Origin: Raillietiella orientalis
Lineage: Eukaryota
Length of the DNA: 64,000 nucleotides
Direction: 5' to 3'
Assembly: GCA_036172245.1 (NCBI GenBank)
Contig: JAYWIR010000108.1
Span: 62,001-126,000 of the forward strand
Numbering within the stretch: the stretch's first letter is position 1; the number at the start of each line of letters is the position of its first letter. A program made the position numbers and the translations under genes. A model generated the notes under the pieces. It saw nothing but the letters and a program-made list of their open reading frames with translations, made no database searches and was not told the origin of the DNA. This document shows, piece by piece, positions 33,931 to 47,628 of the stretch.

Positions 33931-36035
33931 CACAAGGCGTTCGACTGCGTGGACCAGGATCTCCTGCTGGAGCTCCTGGGTCGTATGGGCTTTACCCTCT
34001 TTAGTGACCTTCCTGCGCTTTTGCTGGCGCAGCGCGCTGATCAATATCTATTTCAGAGGTCAAATGGCGTACGGCGTGCCGGTACGGCGGGGCATAAGGC
34101 AGGGAGATAGCCTCAGCCCCCTGCTCTTCAGCACCTACTTTGAGTTGGTGCTGAGAGCGTACAGGGTGACTTTGGCACCCTTGCCGAGCTCGTGCCCCGG
34201 CACGCCCGCCGAAGCGGCGTACGCCGACGATCTGCTGCTCTTGTTGCCGATGTCCACTCCGGCAAAGGCAGTCGAGGATTTCTTCGATCTGCTCAGCTGC
34301 GGGACCGGACTGCAGGTTAAGAGGGCGAAGTCGTCGGTTGTGCTAATAGGTGCGGCTTGGGCAGGGCAGCAGGGCTGGGTCCGTCTAGGGATCCCCACGG
34401 TGAGGTGCTTCAAGTACCTTGGTGTGCCGTTGGGGGACTTCTCCTTTGCGGAAGCGTGGTCCAGCTGCCTCCAAAAAGTCGAAACGGTGATCGGCCCGTT
34501 CCTGGAAGGCAAGCTTCACTTGCCGGAACGGGGCGCGGTTTGGAACGCCTTCGCGGCCCCCATCCTCCGCCCTTTGCTGTTTGTTTGCTCCCCCACCGTT
34601 GAACCCAAGAAGAGGACGAAGGTCCTCCTCCGTTTCGCCTTTTGAGGCATGGGGAGGTCCCGAGTCCCTCTGAAGGACTTGTGCGCTCCGCGTCGGGACG
34701 GCGGTCTTGGCCTCCTGACGCTGGAGCGCGTGGAGAAGCAGCTGCGGTGGCGAAACCTTGCCATCGCAGCGAAGATGTGAAGTATCCCTTGGTGCACTCC
34801 GACCCGCCTCCTGGCCAGCCTTGTATCCCGGTGCGATGGACTCGCTTCTTTTCTTCTGAGGCGTGGCCGGAAGATGCGAAGATGCGGCCTACTGCTCAAG
34901 CGCATGGCAACATTGGCCAAGGAGAACAGCTGGATGGTTTGCTGCATCGCCAACTCCCCCGCCTGGCTGGAGGAGAAAATCGGAACGTGGGCAGCGGTTA
35001 ACCAGAGGAGCCAGAAAAGGTGGAATCGTCTCCGATGCAGCCCCAACGCCCGCTGCACGCTGCGGAATCTCCTGGAGAGTCCAGCAAGATGCACGTGGGC
35101 GGAGACGACCTGCCTAGCTACGGCGCTGCCCTTCCTGAGGAGGGCACTTCACAGCAGCCGGACGCTAAGGTGGCAAGTCTCCTGCTGCATCGAGGGACGC
35201 GAGAAGTTGATTAGAGGCTGGACAACAGGAGAACTGGCCGACGTCACGACCCTGAGCGTCCAGCCGCGAGGGTTATTAAGATGGGGCAAGCTGCTCGCCA
35301 TCCCCAGGGATGGGCTGAAGTGGCCCTAGGTGATGAAGGAATCTAGGATCCTGCCCCTCAAATGGGAAGAGTCGGCGTTGCTCCTGTTGCACTTAAGTCT
35401 ACCCTGCAACGCGCGTATCTTCCACTGAACGAGGGGAGCTGTGGATCCTGCGTGTGCCAGGTGCGGGGAGCGGGAGTCGCTTCCCCACCTTATTGTGGAT
35501 TGTGCTGCTCTCCGACCCCTTTATGAGCGGTTCGGAACGACCCTCATTCTCCCTAGGGGCAGCATTCCCAGAGACTTTCTTCGGTCCCTCTTTGTGAAGG
35601 ACGCACTGCATCCAGCCGCAGCTATCGCAGCCTTGTGCTGCTTCCGTGGCATCGTGGCGGCATGGAGCGACGCCAACAACAAAGGAGTGGGTCCACAGGC
35701 GAGGGATGTCATGCCGTATGCCCAACGCTTCTTCCGGAGAGCTGCCGGATGGCCCCAGCTGGGAGATATGCAAAGAGATTTCGAGGGCTTTCTTCGAAGG
35801 ATGGGCCCTCCTCACAGCGACCAGTGATCCCTACCCTGCCCTCCAAACTCTTTTTGTTTTTTTATTTCTTTATTTTTCTTTTTGTTATTCTCCTCATCCC
35901 CTTTCGCTGTCGGGGAGTGCCATGCCGGGCTGCGTTCCGGTGTCCCGACAGGTCCTGTGTTTACGGCCGTGGTGGGGCCTTGTACCACGCATGTAGAGTT
36001 TAATTATAAACTTCCCGGGCGTACCCGGGAGATAA
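33931..36035 (+). mobile_element. Subfamily B1, RT (from HKAFD) to 3' end
   Basis: Closely similar to 16658-18761. Confidence 0.9.
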
Positions 36036-36051
36036 CCCCAAATCCATTGGC

Positions 36052-37483
36052 GAGTGGACGTGTTTTTCCTTCGCTCCCGAGTGAGTCGACAGGAAGCGGT
36101 TTTTTTCTTTGTGTGTGTTCGTGTGGAACATCGTTGGTGTCCGGTGGCAGCGATGCCAGAGGACACCACGATGGAGGTAGGTTTAGGGGAGGCTTGCCCA
36201 TCCCCACAGCATACAGAATCAGGCGCGTCCGCCCCGGAGTCGCCCTCGCCGCTCAAGGCGAGGAGCTGGAGCGCCATGGTGGCCGCGCCGAGCGCGGAAA
36301 CCATGGCAGAGATGGCGGCCCACCGGGCAGCTGGGTACAAGCCCAGCTTGGTTTACCAGGTAGGCAATCTCTTTGACAAGCGAACTGCACGCGCTTTTTC
36401 GGAAGCGCTGCAGAACGCCTACGTGTTGGAAAAGGATCTTGACGGTCTATCCGTGCTCAGCGGGGTCAGCGCGTCGAGGTTGTCTGCAAGGACATCACCT
36501 TGGCGCAAAGCTTGATTACCATTCCGCTGAACGTGGACGGACGCAAGATCCTACCAGTCACGATGGACCGCTCCGTATTGGTCCATCTGACAGGGATCAC
36601 CAGCCGTATGACGCGGTCTGCGGTTGGTGATCAGTTAAGAAAATATGGAGATGTTCACGCGCTATGGCCAAAGGCCACAATCTTCGATGGCTACGATAGC
36701 CTTTTCGGAGGGCAGGCCGCTGCGCGCGTGACAGTGAAAGAGAGGGGGCTTCCCCACAAACTAGAGGTCAATGGCGAAGTCGTAGACCTCTGGTACGTGG
36801 GGAAACCCCGCTTTTGTTGCTACTGCAATGCAGTAGGACACTTGCGCAAGCGGTGCCCGAAGATTGTGTGCCACTTATGCAAGGAGAAGGGCCACATGCG
36901 CCGCGTATGCCCTTAACGCCCCAATCCGGTGCCGCCTGCTGCAAAGAAAGCACAGGCAAAACGCGGAAAATTGGTCGAAAGACCAAAAAGAGATACTGGC
37001 CGGCAGCAGCCGCTAGCCCCTGTTCCTCCCACACAGGCGTCGGAAGAAAAACCCTTCGAAGACGCGGGAGTCCAAGACGGCTGGCAGCTGGTCAAGGCCA
37101 GGAAGGAGAAAAAGGTGCCCCCCGCGGAACCCGCGAAAGCGGTCAAAAAGACAGCCGGCAAGGCGAAAAAACCTGGGCCGCGCTCTAAGACCATGCGGGA
37201 GTGTACGGTGGCACTGGAGCGCATAGCCGTTCCCGAGACTGCCACCGGGGGCGACGAGCCTTCCCTCGCCGTTTCCGCTGCGCCCGAGGCTCCCGACGGC
37301 GAACCCTCTGTTTACACAGAGGGTGAGCCGCGCGAAATACCGACGGTCGAGGCCGAGGACGCCGCGTTCGCTCAGGTGGCGGAGGAGCTCGCGGCTACGC
37401 TGGCCGAGCGTGGGAACCTCTCGCGCGAGGCCGTGCGAACGCCGGCTATTGCGAAAAAGGCCCCCACAGGTGAGTTGGACCTG
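36052..37483 (+). mobile_element. Subfamily B1, 5' UTR and ORF1 (frameshifted, 3'-truncated)
   Basis: GGACGTGTTTTT at 36056; 36660-37480 near-identical to 8185-9000. Confidence 0.9.
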
Positions 37484-38595
37484 TGGCAGCGAGGGAGGGC
37501 ACGGCACGCGTCGAACCCTCGCGCTCGTTTCGAATTGGCTTCCCCGTCGTGACTTTCCCCTTTCGGGGCGTTGTGGGCGGGGATGCTTTCTTTTCATCCG
37601 CGGATCGCTCGTGGTTTTTTGCGAGTTTTTGCGGACGACGTTTTTTATTTGCCGCTGAGGCTTTTCGTGCAGCGGTGTCTTGAACCTGACGAATTTCCGC
37701 TGCGGCTCTTTTTCTTGCAAGTACCGGGCACTTTTTGATTTCGTGCCCGGAATCTTTGCAATAGCGGCATCTTGGAGAGGTGCACTCTTTAATTCGGTGC
37801 TTATCCTTGCCGCACTGCTCGCACGCGCCCGTTTGGCCTATGAACCACAGGTGAACGACCGTGTCGTTCACCTGCAGCTGCTCAGGCACAACACGCCTGT
37901 TCGCGACGGTAATCCGTGCGGAGGCTTGTTCGATGTGGACAGTGGAGAAATCCTTGAAAGGGTTCGGACTCCTCCACAGGACGTGCACGGTGGCGAACTT
38001 CGGTAGCACGCTTACAACATCGCGGTCGGAGATTTCCGGTTCGATGTCGCACAATTGAACGGCAAAAGAGTTGTCCATCACAGAGGGCAGGACTTCCTTG
38101 CCACCGATGGACAACGGAGTACGGAGAAGACGCTGCACAAGTGCCGCGTTTTTACATTGTATCTTGGTGTATTGCATCCGGCCCGCAGGCATGATGGGAA
38201 GAAGCTCCTCCTCCCGAACGCCGATCCGGACGGGATCATCGTTGAGCTCACGCCCGGTCCTCCCGTTAAGGGGCCCACTGAGCTTATAACGGAGTGCAGG
38301 CATGTAGCCAGATGTCACATCAGCCTGCAATTCCGCATTGCAGGGTCCTTCTCCTTGGGAGGTGACGACGGCGTAGCTCCTCACCGAAGGCGAGGAAACC
38401 GTGGCGGTGGATGCGGCCGCTTCCATTCCAATTTTATTGGATTCAACGGCTCTCTCCACCACATCATTCCCAGAAGTGGCCGTGCTGCACAACGCTTCTT
38501 CGTATACTTGCAAGAAACGCAGAAGTGCGAGCGAAAACGCACGCACAAAGATGCTCGATCGAGGACGCGGAGAGACGCGAAAACACGTCTGCACT
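37484..38595 (-). mobile_element. D/F-group 5' UTR and 5' part of ORF1
   Basis: AGACGTGTTTT; CEQCGKDKHRIKEC, CRYCKDSGHEIKKC; homologous to ORF 3241-4950. Confidence 0.88.
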
Positions 38596-38637
38596 GTGCG
38601 AGCGCAGGAGATCGAACAAATCTCCAGAGGGCAGCTA

Positions 38638-39218
38638 TTAACCTCCCGTGTGCTCCAAGGCGTTTATTAAAAACTATCCGGAAACAGGGCTCCTGGACAA
38701 AGGGGAAAACAAAATACTAAGGGGGTAGGATCCCCGACACGCAGGTGGGTATGGCGAAAGTCCGGAACGAAAGGGAAGGGACCACAAATAGACTACTATA
38801 AAAAACTAAAAATAAAAATATGGTGGGCAGGAGACAGGTGTCTTTGGTGAGTCCGTGACTACCTTTCAAAGCCGGCGATGGATGCCGGAGATCTGTCTCA
38901 TTACGTCCTGTGGCAGATGTGCCCACTCGGAAGCCGACGACATGCTCGCGCACGCTAATCCGGTGGCCTGACGAAAGACGGCCAGCTTCTCCAACACTCG
39001 GTGGGCCTTTTTGATGGCGCGGATGCAACACACGGTTACAACGTCAGCACCCAAAGACAGGCCGCATGACGTGAAGAACCGGCGCATCAAGTCCCTCGAG
39101 GTGTCCAACTGGTGCAGGAGAGCTGAGGCCAGCCTCCGCCAAAGTCCATGGAAGGCACCGCAGTCCAGCAGCAGGTGCGGGAACGTTTCCACTTCCTTGC
39201 ACCGCTTACAGTTTGGGG
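38638..39218 (-). mobile_element. Subfamily D, 3' fragment
   Basis: ETFPHLLLDCG; D-type 3' UTR. Confidence 0.88.
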
Positions 39219-42200
39219 GAACCCATTAGTTCTGGAGATCCATCCGCGCGACAGGGGCCTCCATTCGTCAGCGTGGTGTCTCCCAGGGGACTGCCTGAAG
39301 CTCCCGGACGCGGCGGAACATTTCCGTACGTTCACACGGAGCTTCAGGCTGCGGGCACTCCAGGATTGGGACCGCTTCAAGAAGTCGGTCCAGGAGTTCT
39401 GCGACCAGTTCACTCTGCTCCGCCTACCTACGGGTTTTAAGACCAGGATCCGTAACAAACGAGCCTACCTGCAGTCCCGCCGTTACGCTAGGACCCCCGA
39501 TATCCGCAGGCTGGCGAAATACAAAGCGAGAGCCAAGAGGCAAACCTGGCAGTCCGGATCGGACAGCTTGCTGGACGATCAGGACCAGGAGCATTCAGCA
39601 TCCACCCAAATCCGCGGCCTGCTGCGTAGTTACTACTCTTTCCTGTATGCCAGGGCACCTCCGGAGAGGAAAGTCTCACCATTCCTACTTCCGGAAGGCG
39701 CTCCAGCGATCGGAGAGGAGCAAAGGAAGACCCTTGCCTAGCCCTTCACGATGGACGAGATCCTCTCGTCCATCGGAGAGCTCAAAAGGCGCAAGGCTCC
39801 AGAAAAGGACGGCCTGCCCGCGGAGTTTTTTCGAATTTTCGCGGCTGAGCTTACACCTCTGGTACAGCAACTCACCTTGCTGATACGCGAAACAGGTGAC
39901 GTTCCCGCCTCGTTTCGTTCGACAAATGTGCAGCTCCTCCCTAACGAAGGAAAACTGAGGAGCATGAACAACTGGCGTCCCATCACAATAGTAAATGCGG
40001 ACGCCAAGTTGCTGGCTAAGGTTCGGCCGGAGCGTCTGGGACGGTTTGCCATCATCTTCATTAGCCCGGAACAGACATATGCTGTTCCAAAGCAAAGTAT
40101 GGAGGCGATCCTGTTCCACGCTTCCACCTGGCGAGGGCTATAACAAGAAAGGAGCTTGGTGCGCAGCCGGAATTCCGGTGCGTGCGCCGGCAAGGGGTCG
40201 GATGGTCGGGTGGGCGAGGGAGCCCTTGCAGTCGCGATCGACTTGCGCAAAGCCTTTGATTGCGTCGAACAGAATCTCCTTCTGGAGCTTCTGGAACGCT
40301 TGGGCTACCCGGTTTCATTAGTGGTCTATCTGCGCTTTAGCTGGCGCGACGCGCTCATGAACGTTTCTTTCAGAGGGCAGACCGTGGACGGCGTACCGGT
40401 GCGACGTGGGATCCGGCAGGGAGACAGCCTCAGCCCCTTGCTCTTCAGTATATACTTTGAGTTGGTAATGAGAGCGTACAGGGGAACTCTGGCGCACCTT
40501 CCGCACGACTGTGCCGGTACGCCGGCCGTTCCAGCGTACGCCGACGACTTTTTGCTGCTGCTCAATATGTCCACCACTTCTTCGGCGGACAAGGAGTTCT
40601 TCGACCTGCTGCAGAGGGGAACCGTACTTACTGTGAACAGGGCGAAGTCGTCCGTGATGCCAGTTGGTGTGGCTTGGGCAGGGCAGCAGGACTGGGTCCG
40701 TTTAGGGATCCCCACAGTGAGGTTCTTCAAGTACCTTGGTGTGCCGTTTGGAGACTACTCCCCTGCGGAAGCGTGGTACGGCTGCCTCCAAAAAGTAGAG
40801 ACGGCGATCGGCCCGTTCCGAGGCGGCAGGTTATTCCTGCCTGAACGTGCCACGGTTTGGACCACGTTCGCAACTCCTCTCCTCCGCTTCCTGCTTTTTG
40901 TTTGTCCCCCTACAGAGAGGATAAAAAAGCGGAAAAAGGATTTCCTTAGTATCGCCCTGTTGGGGCAACGGGAGGGTCCGAGTCCGTTTAATGGACTTGT
41001 GCGCTTCTCGTCGGGACGGTGGTCTGGGCCTCCTGACGTTGGAGCGGCTGGAGCTTCAGCTGGAGTTCCGAATGTCGGCACCTTTTTCAGAGTTGTGGTG
41101 CACCTGTTGGTGCGTCCCTGCACATCACTTTCACCAGCAAGCCACCGGCAAGACGGGACTGACGTCGTTTCTTGCACTCCGTCGCCGTGTCAACCGATGC
41201 GGACTTTAGCCTCGGAGGGTGGCTGCGCTGACACGGAAATACCAAGGATTGGTCACCTGTCGCCTTTTGAACGGTAGTGCTTGGTCGCAGGAAACCGTTC
41301 GAACGTGGGCACAGTTCGGCATGCAACGCTCCCAACAGGAACGAAGGTTCCTGTTCGGGGGTTACAGAAGTTGCACGCTGCGCGAGATCCTGGAGGATCC
41401 AAAGAAGATAGCGTGGGAAGAAAGAACCCCTTTCGCTGCTGCGCTGCCTTCCCTGATGAGAGATCTGGACAGCGATGTTGCGGCGATGTGGGAGGTTACA
41501 TTAACAATCTTCGATAAGAAGAAGAAAATAGGAGAGTGGAAGAAGGGCCAGTTAACAGACGCTGCGTCCCCGAGTACGCCTCTCCATGGAATTCTACGCT
41601 GGGGCGCGCTGCTCGACTTTCCCATTCAACGTTTGAAGTGGCCCCCGGTAGTAATGAACATCTTTATTCTTCCCTTGAAATGGCAGAAGTCGGCTCTGCT
41701 GTTGCAGGACTGGAAACTCTTCTACAACGCGCGCCGACCCCACTGGACCTGGGGAGCAGTGGACCCGAATTGCGTTAGGTGTGGGGAACGGGAGTCCCTC
41801 CCCCACCTGCTTGTGGATTGTGTTGCCCTTGGCCCCTTTGGTTCCTCTTTGCCGCGGCCATCGGAATCCCTTGCGGCAACCCCAGGGACGTTCTGAAAGC
41901 CCTCTTCTTTGCCGACGCCTTTTGGCTAGAGGCCTTTTTAGCAGCGCTGTATTGTCTTCGCGGGATCGTCGCCGTCTGGAGCAGGGCTACAAGAAAATCA
42001 CACGACCAGGGTGCCATCGACCCAGCCTTCCATTTTCTGAGGGCGTCGCGATGGCCTCACCTTGATGCAGGAATACAGAAGGAGCTTGCCGGCATCCTGC
42101 AAAGGATGCAACGGCCCCACCAGTTACATTGATCCCTTCTCGTTCCCTTTCACTTTTCCTTTTCTTTTTTTTGGTTTTGCTTTTTTTATTTCCCCATTTT

Positions 42201-42352
42201 CTCTGCTACCGTGGTGGACCGTACCGGTCTGCAAAGCGGTGATTCGGCAGGCTCTATGTTTCGTTTTGCGTAGCTGGAGCAATGGTCTAGCCACTGCATG
42301 TCTTTGTTAAAGTTTTTCAATTAATAATCGCCTTGGCGAAATCCGGCAGAAA
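39219..42352 (+). mobile_element. Subfamily H, 5'-truncated
   Basis: Linker, RT (YADD), Zn finger, 3' UTR; similar to 29.76-32.5 kb. Confidence 0.9.
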
Positions 42353-45211
42353 ATCTAATCCCTTATGCAAGTCTACTGCTACTGCCAAGGCTTTCAGCCT
42401 TTTTGCCGTCCGGCTGCACTGACGCTAGCGGTCGGTAGAAGGTCTGCTGCTCGGCTGTCCGCCGCAACGTGCTCTAAGAGCTGCCACGAGGTGCGCGCCA
42501 AAAGAAAGTTCGCATTCATGGATCTTCCCGGTACAGCGTAAGACTGCTCCGGGCTTACCACGGACTCCGCGACTTTCCCTAGGCACGTGACCCACAGCCT
42601 CGAAAACAACCTGACGTCCGTATTCACTAACATGATTGGACGCCAGTTGTTGAACAGATCTCCTCCTTTCATAAGGAGAAGGACCCGCGCTGAGCGGAAG
42701 GAAGAAGGGACATCGCCCGTCACCTTCATCAGCGTCGAGAGCCTTAGCACCAGGGAGCGAGTTACGCCGCGAAGCTCTGAAAGAACTTCGCGGGCAACCC
42801 GTCCTCACCTGGCGTATTCCGGCTCTTGAGTACTACGATGGCGGAAGAAACTTCCTCCAACGAGAAGGACTCGCAGAGACGGGCGCGTTCCTTCTCGCCG
42901 ATGCCTTGTTCACTTCTCGTCAGAAGCTGTTCCGAGAGGATTCTCTCCGTCTGGCATTTGGCGTAGAGCAAGGAGAAGTTACGCCTCAGTGTTCGCCGTA
43001 CTTCGGCATTAGTCGTGCATTCCCGTTTGGTCTTCGATTAGAATAGCCGTTTCAGACTGCCAGACCTGGCGCTCGGCCCTCGCCTTGTACTCTGCGAGGT
43101 GCCGGACTTCCGCACGTCTAGAAAAGGTGCGCGTTTGCAGAAATTCTTTGCTATTGGCCACGCCTTCTCAAAGCCGCGCGGTAGAAAGTGCAGGGGAACC
43201 GGTCGCAAAACTCGCGAACTGATCTTTTAAGATGGTCCTAGTCTACGAGCTGCTGGATGGCAAAGCCGCGAAGAAAGTGGCGAAGATGCTCCGCCGCCTC
43301 CAGATGACTGAGCCATTCCGCCGGCATCCTCCAACCGTTGTTCGGAGGTCCCTTGCCCGGCGGATAGTAGCTCGAACTCCAGCCTATCATGGTCGCATAA
43401 CGTGGACGGCACCCTGGCTCTCCTTCTCACTGGTGAGTGTAGGTGTTCATCGAGGTAGACGTGATCCACGCACCTTTCCAGTCCAGGCTCGCCGGCTTCC
43501 GGGTTACGCGTGTGCACCGACGCGCATGCCTCTTCCACCCGCGACCGTTCCGCCAGGGACCACGTCTCGCTGGAAAGCAGGTGGACGTTGAAGTCCCCAG
43601 CGACGAGATGCGCCACTCTGGCTCCGGAGTTCCTAAGTTACTTGCTCCCCAGCACGTCGAAGAACTCAATTCATTCGGCGCGCCGATAAAAGCCCCTTGG
43701 CGCGTAAACGTTCGTCATTACGAGGTCGATTGAATCTGACCAATTGAGTACAAGTTGGCCTATTCTCCCTTTCTGGTTCAATCGAACGCTGCGCACCGCT
43801 CCCGCTATACTACCATTAATGAGAAATTCGACTCCGCACGATTGTGCAGAACCTTCTCGCCCGTACAGGGTGCCAACCGCGCGCTGTTCAATTACGGCAA
43901 CCTCCGTGTCGGAGATGTAATGGATCTCCTGAAGGATCGCCAAGTCGAAATGTCGCAGGGTGTCTGACACGCCGCGCTTCTTTCCGTCCGTGCGCAGCCC
44001 ATTAACGTCCCAACAGGCTACGCTGAACCGACGAAGAGAGGCGACTTCTCGCATTAACGCTGGCAAGGTGAGCACAGGTTTCTTGTCCTGTCCGGCGAGT
44101 GGTCACAAGACAGATCGGCAGATCCTGGAGACTGGACAAATCCGTTTAAAACCTCCCTGCTCTTTGCCGGTAGCTCCTAAGTGAGGTCGATCCCCTCCCC
44201 TTTGCTCCCCGGCAACAGATCCTCTTCGGCAACCACGCCCTTGCGGGTCTTCGGGAGGCGATTGCGCGGTTTCGGGCGGTTGTCGCTCTGTGTGCTCTTT
44301 CTGTCGGACTCTGGATCAGAATGCGGCAGTCGAGCGCTTGCCAGGCGCTACTTCTGTTTCCCGGAATTGGGAAAATCATTTGCTTCCTGTTTTTTAGCGC
44401 TTTCTGCTACTGCGGCTGGGACTTTCGTCCTTTTAGCCGCTGCAGCAGCTCTCTGCTCCATCCACGAGAGGATGACTGCACAGGGGGAAAGGATCGCAAT
44501 CTTTTTTGGGGATGGTTTCGCGGGTTTCTTTAGCCCACTCACCTTCACACAGAGCTGCGAGGACCTCGATGGTTTCTTTTTAATTCCTTTTCTCACCTGC
44601 ATCCAGCCGTCTTCCTTCGCGTCGCAGTTATCTTCGCCATCCTTAGATGGCTCTGCGTCCGCGGATGTAAGAGGCTCTGCCTTGGCTGCCTCTTGAACTG
44701 CTGCCTTCGCGCAGGCGTAAGCGACTCCCTTAGCGATCGCGAGAGGCGCTGCCTTTTTCAGATCGGTGGATTCGCGCTGTGCCTTTGCGACCGCTGGAGG
44801 CACAGCTGTAGCGGTTGTGCTCGCTCTAGCAGTTTCTTCCTTGGCCGCAGTCGGCGCTGCGTCCGCGCGCGAGCGCAGCGGGTTTGCCGGCTGTTTCGTC
44901 GCGTTACTCGGTGCCCGGGGCACCTTGGCCGCGGTAGGTTCAAGCGTCACGGAGTTTTTTGCCCGCAGGCGCGATTTTCCCGTATCGGGCGAGCGACCGC
45001 ATTCCTCGACACTTGCCGAGTTCTCGATAGGAGGCTTCGCGATTGCAATGCCGACAGCAGGAGGCTTCTTGCTTTTCGGCGCACTCTCTCCTGCTTTGAA
45101 AAATTCGCTGCGAGGTTTAGGTGAAAGTTCGCCTTCTTCGCGAGCTTCCGTCGGCTCGGTAGCCTGAGGCTTCGCCGCGCCGAGCGTTTTTCTGTTTTTC
45201 TCCCCTTTTTT
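42353..45211 (-). mobile_element. D/F-group decayed element, ORF1 tail-APE-RT up to motif A
   Basis: TAATG at 44052-44056; AGDFN; NWRPIML; ends DLHKGLD. Confidence 0.85.
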
Positions 45212-47628
45212 GTGAAGAAGAGGAGATCTGAGGAGCATGAACAGCTGGCGTCCCATCACAATAGTGAATGCGGACGCCAAGTTGCTAGCAAAGGTTTGGG
45301 CAGAGCGTCTGGGGCGGGTTGCCAACATCTCCAACAGCCCGGAACAGACATATGCTGCTCCTGGGAGAAGCATGGAGGCGAACCTGTTCTACGCGTCCAC
45401 CTGGCTAGAGCTCCAACATCAAAGGAGCTTGATCCGCAGTCAAAATTCCGGTGCGTGCGCCGGCAAGGGGTTGGATGGTCGGGTGGGGGGAGGAGACCTT
45501 GCGGTCGCAATCGACTTGCGGAAAGCATTAGATTGCGTCGACCAGAATCTCCTTCTGGAGCTTCTGAAACGCTTCAGCTTCCCGACATCATTAGTGGCCT
45601 ATCTGCGCTTCTGCTGGCGCGACGCGCTCATCAATGTTACTTTCAGCGGGCAGACCATGCACGGCGTGCTGGTGCGGCGTGGGATCCGGCAGGGAGACAG
45701 CCTGAGCCCCTTCCTCTTCAGTATCTACTTTGAGTTGGTACTGAGAGCGTACAGGGGAACTCTGGCGCAGCTGCCGCACGACTGTGCCAGTACGCAGGCC
45801 GTTTCAGCATACGCGGACGACATTCTGCTGCTGCTCTCTATGTCCACCTTGGCTGCGGCGGTCGAAGCGTTCTTCGACCTGATGCATCGGGGAACCGGTC
45901 TTACGGAGAACAGGGCGAAGTCGTCCGTAATGCCTGTTGGTGCGGCGTGGGCAGGGCAGCAGGACTGGGTCCGTTTGGAAATCCCAACGGTGAGGTACTT
46001 CAAGTACCTTGGTGTGCCGTTGGGGGACTACTCCCCTGCGGAAGCGTGGTCCGGCTGCCTCCAATACGTAGAGACGGCGATCGGCCCGTTCCGAGGCGGC
46101 AGCTTTTTCCTGCCTGAACGGGCCGTGGTTTGGAACACGTTCGCGGCTCCTCTCCTCTGCTTCCTGCTTTTTGTTTGCCCCCCCACAGAGAGAATTAAAA
46201 AGCGGACAAAGGACCTCCTTTGTATCGCCCTTTGGGGCAACAAAAGGGCACAAGTTTGCTTAAAGGACTTGTGCGCTCCTCGTCGGGATGGTGGTCTGTG
46301 CCTCCTGCCGCTGGAGCGGCTAGAGCTTCCGCTCCAGTTCCGATTGTCGGCACTCGTTCCAGAGTTTTGGTGCACCTGTTGGTGCGACCCTGCACGTCTC
46401 CTTCTCCAGCAAGCCACCGGCAAGACGGGACTGACGTCGTTTCTTGCACTCCGTCGCCGCGTCAACCGATGCGGACTCCAGCTACGGAGGGTGGTTGCGC
46501 TGTATCGGAAAAACCCAGGATTGCTCACCTGTCGCCCTTTGAACGGTAGTGCCTGGTTGTAGGAAACCGTTCGAACGTGGGGACAGTTCGGCATGCAACG
46601 CTCCCAACAGGAACGAAGGTTCCTGTTTAGGGGTTACAGAAGTTGCACGCTCCGCGAGATCCTGGAGGATCCAAAGAAGAGAGCGTGGACAGGAAGAACC
46701 CCTCTCGCTGCTGCGCTGCCCTCCCTGATAGAAGATCTGGACAGCGATGTTGCGGCGAAGTGGGAGGTTTCAGTTACAATCTCCGGAAAGGAGAAGAAGA
46801 TAGGACAGTGGAAGACGGGCCAGTTAACAGACGCTGCGTCCCCGAGAACGCCTCCCAATGGACTTCTGCGCTGGAACGCGCTGCTCGATGTTCCCATTGA
46901 ACATCTGAAGTAACCCCCGGTGCTCATGAACACTTCTGCCCTCCTCTTAAAATGGTAGGAGTCGGCTCTCCTGTTGCAGCACTGTGGACTCCCCTGCAAC
47001 GCCCGCCGAAACAACTGGACCTGGGGAGCGGTGGACCCCAATTGCGTCAGGTGTGGGGAACGGGACTCCTTCCCCCACCTGCTAGTAAATTGTGTTGCCC
47101 TTCGGCTACTTTTATTTCGCTTTGCTGCGGCCATTGGAATACCCTGCGGCAACCCCAGGGACGCACTGAAAGCCCCCTTAGTTGCCGACGCCCTTCGACC
47201 AGCAGCCTCGTTAGCAGCTTTGTGCTGCCTACGCGGGATCGTCACCGCTTGGAGCAAGGCTACGGGAGGACCACGCGACCAGGGTGCCATCCATCCAGCC
47301 TCCCAGTTCCTGAGGAGAACGTCCCGATAGCCCCACCTGGATGCAGGAATACAGAAGGAGCTTGCCGGCCTCCTGCAAAGGATGCAACGGCCCCACCAGC
47401 AACTGTGATCCGTTCCCTTACCCTCCCAACTTTTCTTTTCTGTTTTTTTGTTTTGTTTTTTGTTTTTCGTTCTTCCCCTTGCTGCCGTGGTGGACCTTAC
47501 GGGTCTGCGTACCGGTGACCCGGCAGACTCTTTGTTTCTTCGTGCGTCGCTGGAGCAATGGTGCAGCCACTGCAGGTCTTTGTAAATGTTTGTTTTATAA
47601 TAAACGCCCCGGCGAAATCCGGGTCAAA
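45212..47628 (+). mobile_element. Subfamily H, 5'-truncated
   Basis: RT ORF 45237-46562 (YADD); 3' end AATAAACGCCCCGGCGAAATCCGGG. Confidence 0.9.
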
